64,000 nt of DNA from Takakia lepidozioides (Eukaryota; Plantae; Bryophyta): assembly GCA_030704615.1 (NCBI GenBank), contig CM060733.1:49166001-49230000 (forward strand), written 5' to 3'. The notes under the pieces were generated by a model that saw only the letters and a program-made list of their open reading frames with translations, did no database searches and had not been told where the DNA came from. The translations under genes and the position numbers were made by a program. Within the stretch, counting starts at the first letter, position 1. Each line of letters opens with the position of its first letter. Shown piece by piece: positions 12,793 through 24,318 of this stretch.

Positions 12793-15561
12793 TTTGATTT
12801 TCAGCTGTAGCAAGAAATAAAGGTATAGGGATGTTCTGGAAAACTTACCAGACATATCCACATCCCTTGTGGGGGCAAGCTGCACTGCACACCAGTCTAA
12901 ACAAATACTGGCAAGGCAAGGTATTTAAATCTATGATATCCAAGTGTTCATTTCTTTTCAAGAAAACCCTCCATGACACCCATGGGGTTTTAGTAAGTAT
13001 GCTTGGATTACAGCTTGCAGACAGTAAATCTGTATGACTATATGACCTGCAACACATCAAGGCCAAAATATGGCCAAGTACCCGCCATCCCACCCAGACC
13101 TATGTAAGTGTATCATGATCTTGACTGATGGGCTATCAGCATCAGTGGCATACTCTCTGGATTATGAATAATACTGACATGAACACACTACTGTGCATGG
13201 ATGTAATTCTTGATTTTATAAGCTTGATGATTGATGGATAATGCCAGTGTTAAGTGGCTGATATGTCTATTTATTCTTTCATGACAACGACCCTAGGGGT
13301 CCTGTCTTTGTCTTGACATGACAAAAAGTATCTTCCCTCTCTTACTGTCCAGTATGCTTAGTGGTTTCTGCATACACTATCCTTTGGTTACCAGACTAAA
13401 TTTCCAGTTCATGTGCAGAGGTCCACCAAACATACTCCGGAATGGACTGCTGAGCTGCAGGCCATGGGATATCAGCCATCGCTGCCCCCTCCAATCCCTG
13501 CTATTCAGGCTGTGTTGGCACAAACAAAGCCAATGGACTTCCATGCTAAAGTGTAAGCATTGGACTCAGCAGCTATTGATTCAGGTGATGACAATCCAAT
13601 CCTGTTGCTTGAGACTTTGGCCCTAGAGGACTGGGTTAAGCTGTCCCTATCTGCAAATAAAAATGGCAAGTACATGATCAGACTGATTGACTATCATGAA
13701 CGTATGCCTACTATCCTTGAAGAGGATACCAAAGAACTCTCGGAATGTGGTCTTAAAGGAGAAAAGATTGAGGCTGCACTACGTCTGGCTAACCCTGAAG
13801 ACGAACAGGCCCCTTCTACCCAGAAATCGTCCTCCAATGCTGAGCAGGATTTTACCCCCTCTGTCACCAATCACCCGCTTCTAAGTCACATGTGTCTTCC
13901 CAAACATGAAATTGATGCGGTGAAGGATTTTTGTGAGCATGTGGAAATGTCACAGGTGGAACAAGACAGGGCATCAGGCGCTACCCCGGGGAATCCCAGA
14001 ATGTACCCAGTGCAGGTATTCAGAGCCACTGATATCCAGAATTCTGAAGTCACTGAAGGACAGCTTGCTCAGATCATCAGATGTAAGCTGCTAAAGCACC
14101 TGCACTGCGAAGGGCCCCTGCAAGCAACGACCGTCCATCATGCACGTGTCACCATACAGCCTTACCCCCATCCTGGAAGGGCTTTAAATGCTTTGCAGGT
14201 GCGCCAAATCCATGTCCCTACAGCCAGCAGGTAGAGATGCTCATCCGTCACTAGCAGTTTTCTTCATACGAGTATACTTCGGGGTGGACTTCCATCGCAA
14301 GCAAAACTAGCATGTACCAAACCAAACCCTAAGTCTCCAATTGATTGAGAGGACTTCATACATAAGAACTACTTTCAGGACACACTCTGAAGCCTCAACA
14401 ACCAGGAAAACCATTCTCCTTTGTCTCTGTACATTCCAGCTGAAACCAAACCCAGCAGATGCGCAATAAGAACTACCAAGTTCTCCCTGCGGCTTGAGCT
14501 CTTCTACTAGCTAGACTTGCCAAAGTCACATCAGATCTCGAAGCAAGAGGTGTGGTTTGTCGGCCTAATACAGATAAGGCGAAACTTGGACGAGTGGTTT
14601 CTTCATCCGGCATTTCAACTATACTGCCGCACCTGTTGCCTTGATTTCGCCTGAGTGAATCCCATATCAATTTGTTTACCCACCATCTCTTTTTCGGATT
14701 CAGCAGCAAATTCTTGTTGGTGTCCGTTTCCTGAAAGTCTTTCGTCATTGCACCCCCCTTGTCTCGCAGGAACTTTGCACGGCATTGTCCGCCCTTTCTC
14801 TCTTGACACTACCTGCAGCCTCGACTTCTACTCTCCTTGCGGTCTTCACCTTCACTTTTGCTCCCCCTAACAATATCGAATGATAGGGACACCTCCTTTG
14901 GTCTCCGATTCCGCAGCTTTCTCCTCTCCTCCAGCTTTAGCTTCGCAGCCTGTCTCGCGGTTGTTTTCTCTTGATCCGCCAATGTCTTTCTCTAACTTGC
15001 TTCGGTCGGAAATAGCATCGTCCTCATTAGGTGAATCTTCCGACGGTCTGTCAGCCTTGCACTCGACAAGTCTTGCACGCATGGCATTTTCAATTCCTGC
15101 AATGAAGCCGCCATCTGCTGTCGCATCCGTTTCGCAGTCATCACAGTCCACTTTACCTTCACCGTTGGAGCCTCTTTCATCACCTCTACCTCAAACAAGT
15201 ACAGTTGCAAGTGCAACAAAAGCAGGTGCAAATCCTTGTTTGTCGGTATCTGTGGGACTCACATCCTCACCATCTCCTTCGTGCTTAGACGATTCGAATC
15301 TGAACGAAAGAGTTACCTCACCACAACCAACTTCCCATCTCTATCGCCTCCTGGCGCTTTGGCTTCTTGTCTGCAGTGTCTCCAGCACCAAGCAGATTTG
15401 ACGGGTCCCGTTCTTTCTCTCCGAAATTTGTTTCAGATCCGCAGAAGATCCACTGTCCCTCAAAACCAGAGAGCACCTCCATGCCTAACCCCGATGTAGA
15501 TACTGCATTGTGCACTGAAGACAACATAGGATTAAAAGGCAATGAAACCAATGAAAACATT

Positions 15562-15607
15562 ATCCCATATCGATTGCCCAGTTTTTCAGTTGGGCGTAGT
15601 ATATAAA
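15562..15607 (+). promoter_or_regulatory. Plant snRNA promoter: USE + TATA box
   Basis: ATCCCATATCG at 15562-15572 (USE consensus RTCCCACATCG, one mismatch) and TATATAAA at 15600-15607 (-31 to -24 from the U2 start). Confidence 0.85.
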
Positions 15608-15630
15608 CCCCAAGGATCAGATGTTGTAGC

Positions 15631-15825
15631 ATACCTTTCTCGGCCTTTTGGCTAAGATCAAGTGTAGTATCTGTTCTTATCAGTTTAATATCTGATACGA
15701 GACTCATCGGGTCTCATGATATTAATCTAATTTTTCTCGGGTGCGTGTCCACCCGGCAGCTTGCTGCCCGGGCCCGCGTGCGTCGCCTTGGTATCGCACT
15801 ACTTCCTTGGCTGGCGCTACCCTCC
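15631..15825 (+). ncRNA. U2: U2 spliceosomal snRNA
   Basis: Starts ATACCTTTCTCGGCCTTTTGGCTAAGATCAAGTGTAGTATCTGTTCTTATCAGTTTAATATCTGATA, the plant U2 5' end including branch-pairing GTAGTA. Sm site AATTTTTC and GC-rich 3' stem-loops follow. The 3' end is approximate. Confidence 0.97.
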
Positions 15826-16787
15826 CCTCACGGGGACCCATATTAAACAAACTCGGAGTAGTTAGGGATTGTCCCTTTACAGATTGTGTCCATTAGCACC
15901 CTCCTCTATGTGCATGTGATCAAATTTGGCTAAATTTAATAGCCAAAAACAAACCAATTCAATTCGTATCTTTCTGTACACACTTGTCTCTACATACCCT
16001 TCCGATTTTTGAAGGTGTTCTGCCGGTCTTTGTCCTGCAACCGAATCGTTCAATCACATATCTCCCTGGGGGATTCATTACAGGCCATATACTGATCAAG
16101 TTGCAGGAGAAAACTACTTGCATGTCCGTGGTTAATTGCGGCAAACAAGATAAGGCAGAGGCCGAGATGCTGGTCGGTGTAGCAAGGCCATTCGATTGTA
16201 GATGTCAATATGCATGAGCTGGGCATGACAGTGTGCATTACTGATGTGGCAACGTCCAGATACTGGTGCTAGCTTTGACTGATCCTGGGTATCCCTGGTA
16301 CTAAGTGAGGCTTCATTACCCTTCAGGTTGAGTCTTGTATCAATCTGTTGCATTTATATCCCAGACTAGAAAGCTAAATTGCTGGCCATGAAGGTCACGA
16401 AGAAGAGTACTTTTATCATGATGATCTGCCAGATAGATCTATCTTCCAGTAGTAGTGATGTAGTACAACCAAGCACATCCTTCTCATAGCCATATGGCAA
16501 AAAAAATAACCTCAAATATCGGGGGAGTCAAAGAGGAGAGATCCTCCAAGTCGAACACTCTCCACTTTCCTTCCTACAGTGCTATTGTTACTGCTCAGAA
16601 CTGCAGTTTACTATATACAAACTTTGAAGAGACACCAACTTATGTACTATCAAAGAAAATAACACACAGAGCATACCTGGCTTTTGGCCACTCCAAGGCA
16701 ACTATGAACGACTCCAATGTCCCCAGCATGGAGAAGGATAGTGGACAAAGCTACGTTACTAGGGACATAAGATAACAACGGACAAGC

Positions 16788-19700
16788 TCATCTGTACCAG
16801 ATCATATCTTCTCCTTCTAACCGGTTGGCGTGTCCCATGGCTCGCAGCCCTAACCCACTTGGATAATCACTCACTGATTCAAAAGAACAGAATCGAGACG
16901 TGGTGTCCCCATCAAAACTCAGGTCGGAAGAAAGCTCCCCTGGATAGTGTGAATCTGGTGCATGTGTCGTTGATGGAGACCGTGGAAGACCCAGGCTTTC
17001 TGTGTCCCAAAGTAGCTCTGAAAGGCCAGAGAGCTCCAAAGTGATTCCCGGAGTTACAGCTGCTGATCTTGGGCCACCTTGAAGTATGTGGGTAGGCACT
17101 GAGAAGAATGCATCCTCATCCTGCAAAGCCAGCCTGGGAATTCCATAGCCAAGAGACGGGTTTGCTTGGTTTCCAAAAAGGTGCTCAAAGGGATCATGGA
17201 GAGAGACAGAAGGTGGTGGGACTGAAGATTGAGCATTGCCTGTTGAGATTTGTGAGGACAGTGACAAGAACAAATCATTGTTGCTGGGCAGAGAAGGCCT
17301 GACTGCTTCGTCCACAAACAGGTCTTTAAAAGGGTCACTGGCAGAGCCAAGTACTGAAGGTGGTGAAGAGGTAGCCGATGTTGTTACACCCGGTGAAACT
17401 TGAGAAGTGACTGATGGAAAGGGATCCAAGTCAGGCTCAGGCTTTACAGGAAAAGCTTCAAAAGGGTCTGGCTGAGGACGAGAATTGATGTGCGTAACAA
17501 TCTCAAGGCCATCTTCGCTGGACCATGCCTGTAAGGGCTCTCTTGGTCCCCCTGAATCTGCACAAGCTGTGGATGCAGCAGCTCCAACGAAATTCCCAAA
17601 AAACTCCTCAAAATCATCACTCGAAGGCTTGGCGACACGTGATTCACGGTCCTCCATAACTGTTTCCATGGGAGGATGTTGATGGGTCTCCTCACAGCTG
17701 CTCGTCCCAGGAGCTCCACTAGAGGCCCGAGTCCTTCTCTGAAGACTGACCTCATTAGACAATGGAGGCTTCGCTGCCTCCTTTCTCTGACTAGACAACA
17801 ACGTCGACCAAGTTACTTCTGGACCCAGAGGGTGGTCACCTTTGGCCAACGGAGGATTGCTGGAGAAACTGCCGAAGAGATCATCAAATGCATGGCTGTA
17901 TGGCGGGTCATCCCACTTTTCTGGAACTTCGGAAGGCATCTCCTCTTGGGCAATGCATCTCTCAGGTGCTTGTGTGGACACCCCATTGTGCTTGACCACA
18001 GGAGAAGATACATCCGGAAAATGCAGCATTCCAGACCCGTTGATTTTGGATGGGGTGAGCCCCCTCCAGAACGCACCCCCAAGTTCTTTATAGAGAGAAT
18101 CCAAGTCCAAGGCATCTTGAGGTTTGGTTTCCAGTGGATGGCACTCACTTGTGCTACACACATTGCCAGGCAGAATAGAACATTCCATTGCAAAAGAGTT
18201 CTGCACCTTCTGCCCAAGTGAGTGGGAATCTCTCATGGCCGGTCCACGTAGTCGACCACCAGGCGAGGTTAGGCTGTCATGGCTTTCATAGCTCAAAGGA
18301 ACTTCTCGCGGACGCAGCAAGATTTCTTCTTCCTGACCTGGCACATTGTCCTCTGATTGAGTTAGCCCCACTTCTTGCTGCGAAAGTGTAAACTCCTCTT
18401 TCTGAATCTGCAACTCTTTATGCTGCCCTGATGCAACCTCTTCTGCTCTAGTTGCCAATAACCCATGAGAAATTCCATCGTCCTGGAGGTGATTTCCATG
18501 CTCTTGGAGGGAGCTTGCATTGACACTGAAAGGAGGGTCTCCATTTTGATCCTTGGACTTTGAATCCAGTCCACACAAAGGCTCCTCTGTAGCATCATTA
18601 CTTCCTTCAGAAGTCTCTTTCTGGGCCATAGAAACATTTCCAGACAGATCACCAATAGTAACCACTGAGACAGGTGATGAAACCATATCACTTGAGACGG
18701 GGCCTGAAAAGGCCTTGAAGGCAGATGCCCAAGCCTCGTCTACAGTCACCGAAGGCAAGGAGGATGGCACTGCTGGGGCCTCCAACTGAGCATATGACAT
18801 TTGGTCCCGATTTTGAATGCTCTCACTTTGATCTCCTACTCCTTCTGGACACTGCTGAAGAGCAGCATCATCGCTCACAGGCAGTTCCAATTGGTCGACC
18901 CATACCTTGTCTGTGAAGGTGCTTGCGGAAGACTCCGAAGAAACAGTATGATTGGGCAGTGCCAAAGATACTGGCCATGGTGGCAGGGCAGATGACATTG
19001 TAGATGGCAATGCAGATGATGGCGACAGTAGAATTGCACCATCTGATGAAGAGGATGATGATGATGAAGGAACCACTGGGTCCGATGACAGGAGTGGGGA
19101 TGGATCTGCAGATTGGAAAAGTGGCAGTGATACAGATAAGAGTGGTTTTGGTGGTGCTGATGCGGCGGCACTCGATTGCAATGGCACTGTTGACACAGGT
19201 CCAGATGGAGATGGAGATGGTCTCAACACTGGCAACCCCAGAGGGGTCATCAATGATGTGGCAGTAGATGGAGGCAATACAGTTGAAGACAATGACGATG
19301 GTGACGATGAGGATGGAGATGATGGCAGTGGTGATGACATTGGTGGGGAACGGGGAGATGATGATGATGATGATGGTGCTTGGGATAAGGATGGGTATGG
19401 TACAGACATTGACAATGGTGTGGAGGTTGAAGAGAAGACAGAAGAGAAAGAAACAGGCGAAATAGTGTCAGCATTGGGCTGTGTAGCCTTTCTGTAAGGA
19501 GGTAAAGAGGGAAGACTTGATATGAGACCAGACTTAGAATACTCATAGGCAGGAGAAAAAGTGCCGGGCACAGAAGGGAGGGATGGAGAGAAAGCAGAAA
19601 ATACTGCATACGGATTCAATGCTGGACTGGAAGGATCACCTGAATCATGAGCTTTTGAGGAAACACCTTGATATAAAGCCTGAGCAAGCCGAACTTCCTC

Positions 19701-22700
19701 ATCATTCCGTCTTTCTAGAAGCTGAAGCCTTCTATCAAAAGACTCCAAAGCACGGGAAAGAGAAGTCTCTATGCGCAAGCAGACAGATTCCAGCCTGTCG
19801 AGCCGCTGACAAACATCAGCAGTTGAAGCATCCTGTTTTACTTCCCTTCCTGAAGATATTCCTGGACCCATCCTCGACATCAGTGCTGGCATGAGTGGCT
19901 GAGAGTTAGGTCCAAGTCCACCTTGCATGCCAGCAGGCCTGACAGGTACCCCTCCATCCCAAGCAACTGGCTCTGAAGAGTCAATCCTCTTCTTTGAGTC
20001 TGGGAGGCTCCTTGCCATCTGTAGCATACCTGGAAGAAGCATACTTAGCAAGGCAGACCCAGCCCCACCATTTTGTGTGGGCTGCTGCTGCATCGACCCT
20101 GGGAAAGGGCACGACGTGAAAGGAGGGCCTGGAGAGAAAGTAACGACAATTTGTTCAATTTCCACACATCCCTTTTCTCTTAAAGAGAGTAGCCTCAGCT
20201 TCACAGCTTTGCACGCATCCGGGTTCTCAAACTCCACTTCCGCCTCATAGAGCAGCTTGTCCAGACTAGAAACATGTCCAAGAGAATCACCACACACCTT
20301 TGAGGTATGTGCCAAATCCCCAGGTTTGGTGCTAACCAGGCTGTTCCTCACATCTGCTTTCTTGACATTCTCACACACAGCTGCATAATCAGAATTTGCA
20401 TTCTTGTGCAGGCTTGGCAGACCATTACTGAGTCTACTTTCAACCTCCCCTCCTTCCTCTGGGTGCTCTTGCCCAGGCATACTCCTTCCTTTGGGCACAA
20501 ACACTAGGTGCTCAACCTCCAGCTCTTCGCTCCTGTCATCCCTGTCAGGCTCCCCAACTTCTGCACTGTCGTGAACTGGGTTGTGAATTTCATCAGAGCC
20601 TTTCCGTAGTTCAACACTTGGGGAGGCCACCGAGGACGAGATTGTCTCGTGCCTTTCCAGCAAAGCAGAGTCTTTTGAGGCTCCAGCCACGCACCTGCAA
20701 TTGTCTCCACAACCTTCATCCATCCCTGGTAAATAAGATTCTGAGAGCTCCTTCCGGCGCCGTGCTCCCTCCTCTGAATCTACAAGATAGAACTCGGATC
20801 TGTTCAGCTCCACTTTTCCTTCATCCTCCTCAACACCAGGGCTGACACACTTGCGGGGGAAGGATTCAACCCAATCTGTTGAATCCTCTGAGCAGCATCC
20901 GCTCTTCTCTTCCTCATCCCTCTCACAAGACAGCTCAGATCTCTCATGCTGAAAGTCCCCTGCTCGACTTTTTACCTGTGGGCTTCTATCTGTTTGACTG
21001 CCCAAGGGTGTGTCTGCTCCAAGTGACTCACGGGCAACGAAACCACCCCTGCTCCCTGTTACTCCGCTACCTGTTCTCCTCAGTTTAACTTCCAGCCTTG
21101 CATCTGCTTTCTCATCACAGCTTGGCAGATCAGCACGTCCCAGAAGAGAACATTTCCCTTCAATTTCTCCCTCACTTCGAATACTCAAGTTACTGTCTCT
21201 CTCCAAAGAAGGCTGCAACTCATCATCTTCCGGATGGCCTTCACCCCCCTCAAAGTTGACCTTACCCCTCAACACAACCTTAGAATCCTCTTTTCCCCCA
21301 GGATTCCAATATGTACCTGAGCTTATCCCAGTACCTGAAAGGACCTCTGCATCTGAAGAATTCTCAATCAGACAATTGGCCACACCTTTGTGATTAGGGG
21401 TTGGAATTTTGACCCCGGCACGAATAGTACAGAGGTACTCTGCGTCAGTAACCCCTTCTCTATGGTTGTATACCTCACAGGTCTGGGCAGAGCTCAGCAC
21501 ATGAATACTGTGCACATGGCACAATTGCTGTTGAAATTGGACTGCACACAACCACATACAACACATAAGGTTACTTTCTTTGACATTTCCGTCACTGCAA
21601 CATAGGAATCTACTGCAATTATACTGCAGGAAACAAGCAAAATGCAGACCTCAGGATTGACTATACTAGTGCATGAGTAATCACAAATGAGTGATACAGA
21701 AGTGTGAGAGAGCAGGAGAGCAACTAGGGTCCGCTCAGAAGCACATTGCGGATCCTGTCCCCTTGTACCTGCAAACAGATCCCTAAAGGTGGGACTGTGT
21801 TAATTGTGGGTTTTGGCACCTCTGGCACAAATGCAGGCTGTCACTACATCTGCCCACAATGTATCTCCTCTGGCAGTTTTTTATGTATGCCACCTTATGG
21901 TATGTCCTCTGATGCATCACCAAACCAGAATGTCAAGAGAATTGTGGAGGGCACCTCTGCAGTCAATTCCTCTTGGTAACATTTCCTCCAGATGGTACTG
22001 TCATCTTTTAACTCCAAGTTTGAATTCACCTCGGAAGAGAAAGAACAGAACAACCTCCAAAGGAAAAAAAACTAGCCTCTGACAATTCATGGTCCGAAAG
22101 GAATTCGTCAAAGACCATCGAAAGACTAATATATGACAGTCTTTGAGGCATAATCCTCGCTATTATCACTGAGGATGGCTTGCTGATTAAGGGCTGGCAT
22201 TGACATCAAAGTTGGAAAGATAATGATCTGGTACTGCCAATGTATACCCCTTCTCAAAGGTATCTAAGTGGGCGGTACCCAATTGACTCTCCACCAGATA
22301 CAAATCCATTTAATCATCCTCCCTTTAGGTAAACTCCACCATGTCAAAATGGATTTCCACCAAAACTTGCTTGACCATGTTTTCTCCCTAGAACATTACA
22401 ACGAAAAGCGCAAACTCCCAGCCACCAAGGTTTTATTCCTATGCCGCTGCAGAGAAACCAAATTTCCACCGAAAAACTGCAACAGATACTAGAGAGATGC
22501 AAGAGAAGTCTGTACATGTGGGTGAGTACGTATGTGTGAGAGAGGCAGAGACAGAGATTTAGGAAACAAGAGAAAGTGGCCCAGGTGGACAGTTCTGAGT
22601 TCTGACCTGTAAGCTCACAAGGGCCAGACTCTGGTCCAGGGAGAAGAAGGACGCGGGGACGATCACCGGGTGTAAGTGAGGAATTGGTCTGCGGATCTGC

Positions 22701-22799
22701 AGAACCAGCGCTGTGCACATGATTCAAGGTCACATGCTCCTGCAGCAGGCCACAAGCGGGCCCCCAACTGCTTTGAACGCTCCACTCCATGCCTTCCAT
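16788..22799 (-). CDS. Large (~1648 aa) plant protein with a split PAAT/C10orf88-like domain, coiled coil and long disordered regions; exons 22799-22607 and 21541-16788
   Basis: A phase-1 GT-AG intron joins MEGMEWSVQSSWGPACG...GPCELT to VQFQQQLCHVHSIHVLSSAQTCEVY...EYLCTIRAG. Later come ACKAVKLRLLSLREKGCVEIEQIVV and the coiled coil LDRLESVCLRIETSLSRALESFDRRLQLLE. The second exon is a 4.75-kb open frame. Confidence 0.8.
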
Positions 22800-24318
22800 C
22801 GCCCCGTTTCGAGAACTGTTCAGCAGAAATCCTTGCTCTAGCGTTCGCCAGCAGGACTCTCTGCAACAACTGCCCTCTCAATTGCCCTTCTCTCTCTCCC
22901 TGTTACCTTGGGTCCTCCTCCCTCCCTGTCTGTCTGTCTCTGCTCCACAGCGAAGACTCTGGGCAGTTGTGTGCAGCCTCTCAAAGATAGGTTGCTTTTA
23001 CTGGTACCGGGCAGCCATGGATGAATGCTTCCTCCCCTCCACCCACCCTTATTCGTCCCTCTCCTCTGTCAAGATCCATGAATGCACTACTCTGTACGCA
23101 GAAAATCATCCCAAAACTGTCGTCACCTTGGCTTTAGATGATGATGATCGTCATCTTCCTCAGAGGACCTTCAAAGCTGCCTCTGTTCTCTGTGTCCTCT
23201 GTGTCTGTAAACTACACTTTGCTTTGAGCTCAACACTTCCAAGTAAATGTCTCCCTTCAGACTAGTGAAGCTTTTCAGCCTGGGAGTCCAGGAGGTAGAC
23301 TTGCTTAGAAATTTAGGAGGACGACTCGGGACTCAAATAAGATGCTAGAGAGTGCCAGGAAATTAAGCTCAGGACTTGGAGAGCCTGGTGGGTGTCTAGG
23401 GACTCTTCAAGGATGACAAGCTTTCAACAGAGGCCATTACACAGTGTGGGTTTGAGTGGCGTGTACATAGGCTGCTCATAATCTCCATTCTGGGGGTGGG
23501 TGGGCCCAAGAAAGAAACACAGAGACTATGTTACTCAATGTAACATAGCATGTGGAGTGGCTTCAGCTTGCAGTACTGTGTGGTATGTCCTTACCATGAG
23601 TGACAAGTGATGTCTATAAAGTCTCTCTGCTCCTCTAGGAACTGGGCCCATCAATGGCTGGAGAGTTGGGCGGGATAAAAGAGGACACAATGGCAACACC
23701 TTCAAGAAGGCAGCCAGAAACCAAATCTAGTATCGAAGGAGATCAAGGACATAGACAAAAGTATAACATAGGTGGAAACAGGGAAGCTCTAATTATCTAC
23801 TGAATCAGCGACTCTTTGGGATTCCTCACTCCTGGTGCACACCAAGCTTGGCCAACATGCTGTGAAGAAAATGCAACAAGACAAAGAGGTAGCAAAGAAC
23901 AGAGTGCTGCGTGGGAAAGGAAAGGTGTTCCTTGGACCAAGAAGTCCACATTATAGACAAATTACATCCATTTGTGGCGATGGTCTCTTCTCGCACACTT
24001 TCAGCAATTAAGGTTGGAGGACAGGGTTGTGGAAGTTCTCCTGGCATGGGTCTGGGTGTGGTAACCAGATCATTTTAGTTCTGGACCTACCAGCTCCGAA
24101 TGATAGGGTGGAACTTCCGTGTGCAGATTCATTTTTGTTGGAGACTATATAGTGACCCAAGCCATTATCTTATGCAATAACATATCGGTTGACCTAATGG
24201 ACTGCAACAATAGAAAGTGAGCAGCCATCTACTTTTCCATCTCTTCAATAGAGACATTTTGAAAGGCATCGGAACCATATGTACAGAGAACCCCCGAACA
24301 GAAGCTCCCCCCATGGCC

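Noticed and set aside
14880-15401. Ser-rich 173-aa ORF upstream of U2
   Set aside because: It is low complexity, with no domain or splice evidence.
15318-15707. 129-aa minus-strand ORF
   Set aside because: It is antisense to the U2 snRNA gene and its promoter, so it is spurious.
18952-19497. Asp/Gly-rich plus-strand ORF
   Set aside because: It is the antisense shadow of the Ser/Pro-rich stretch of the large minus-strand gene.
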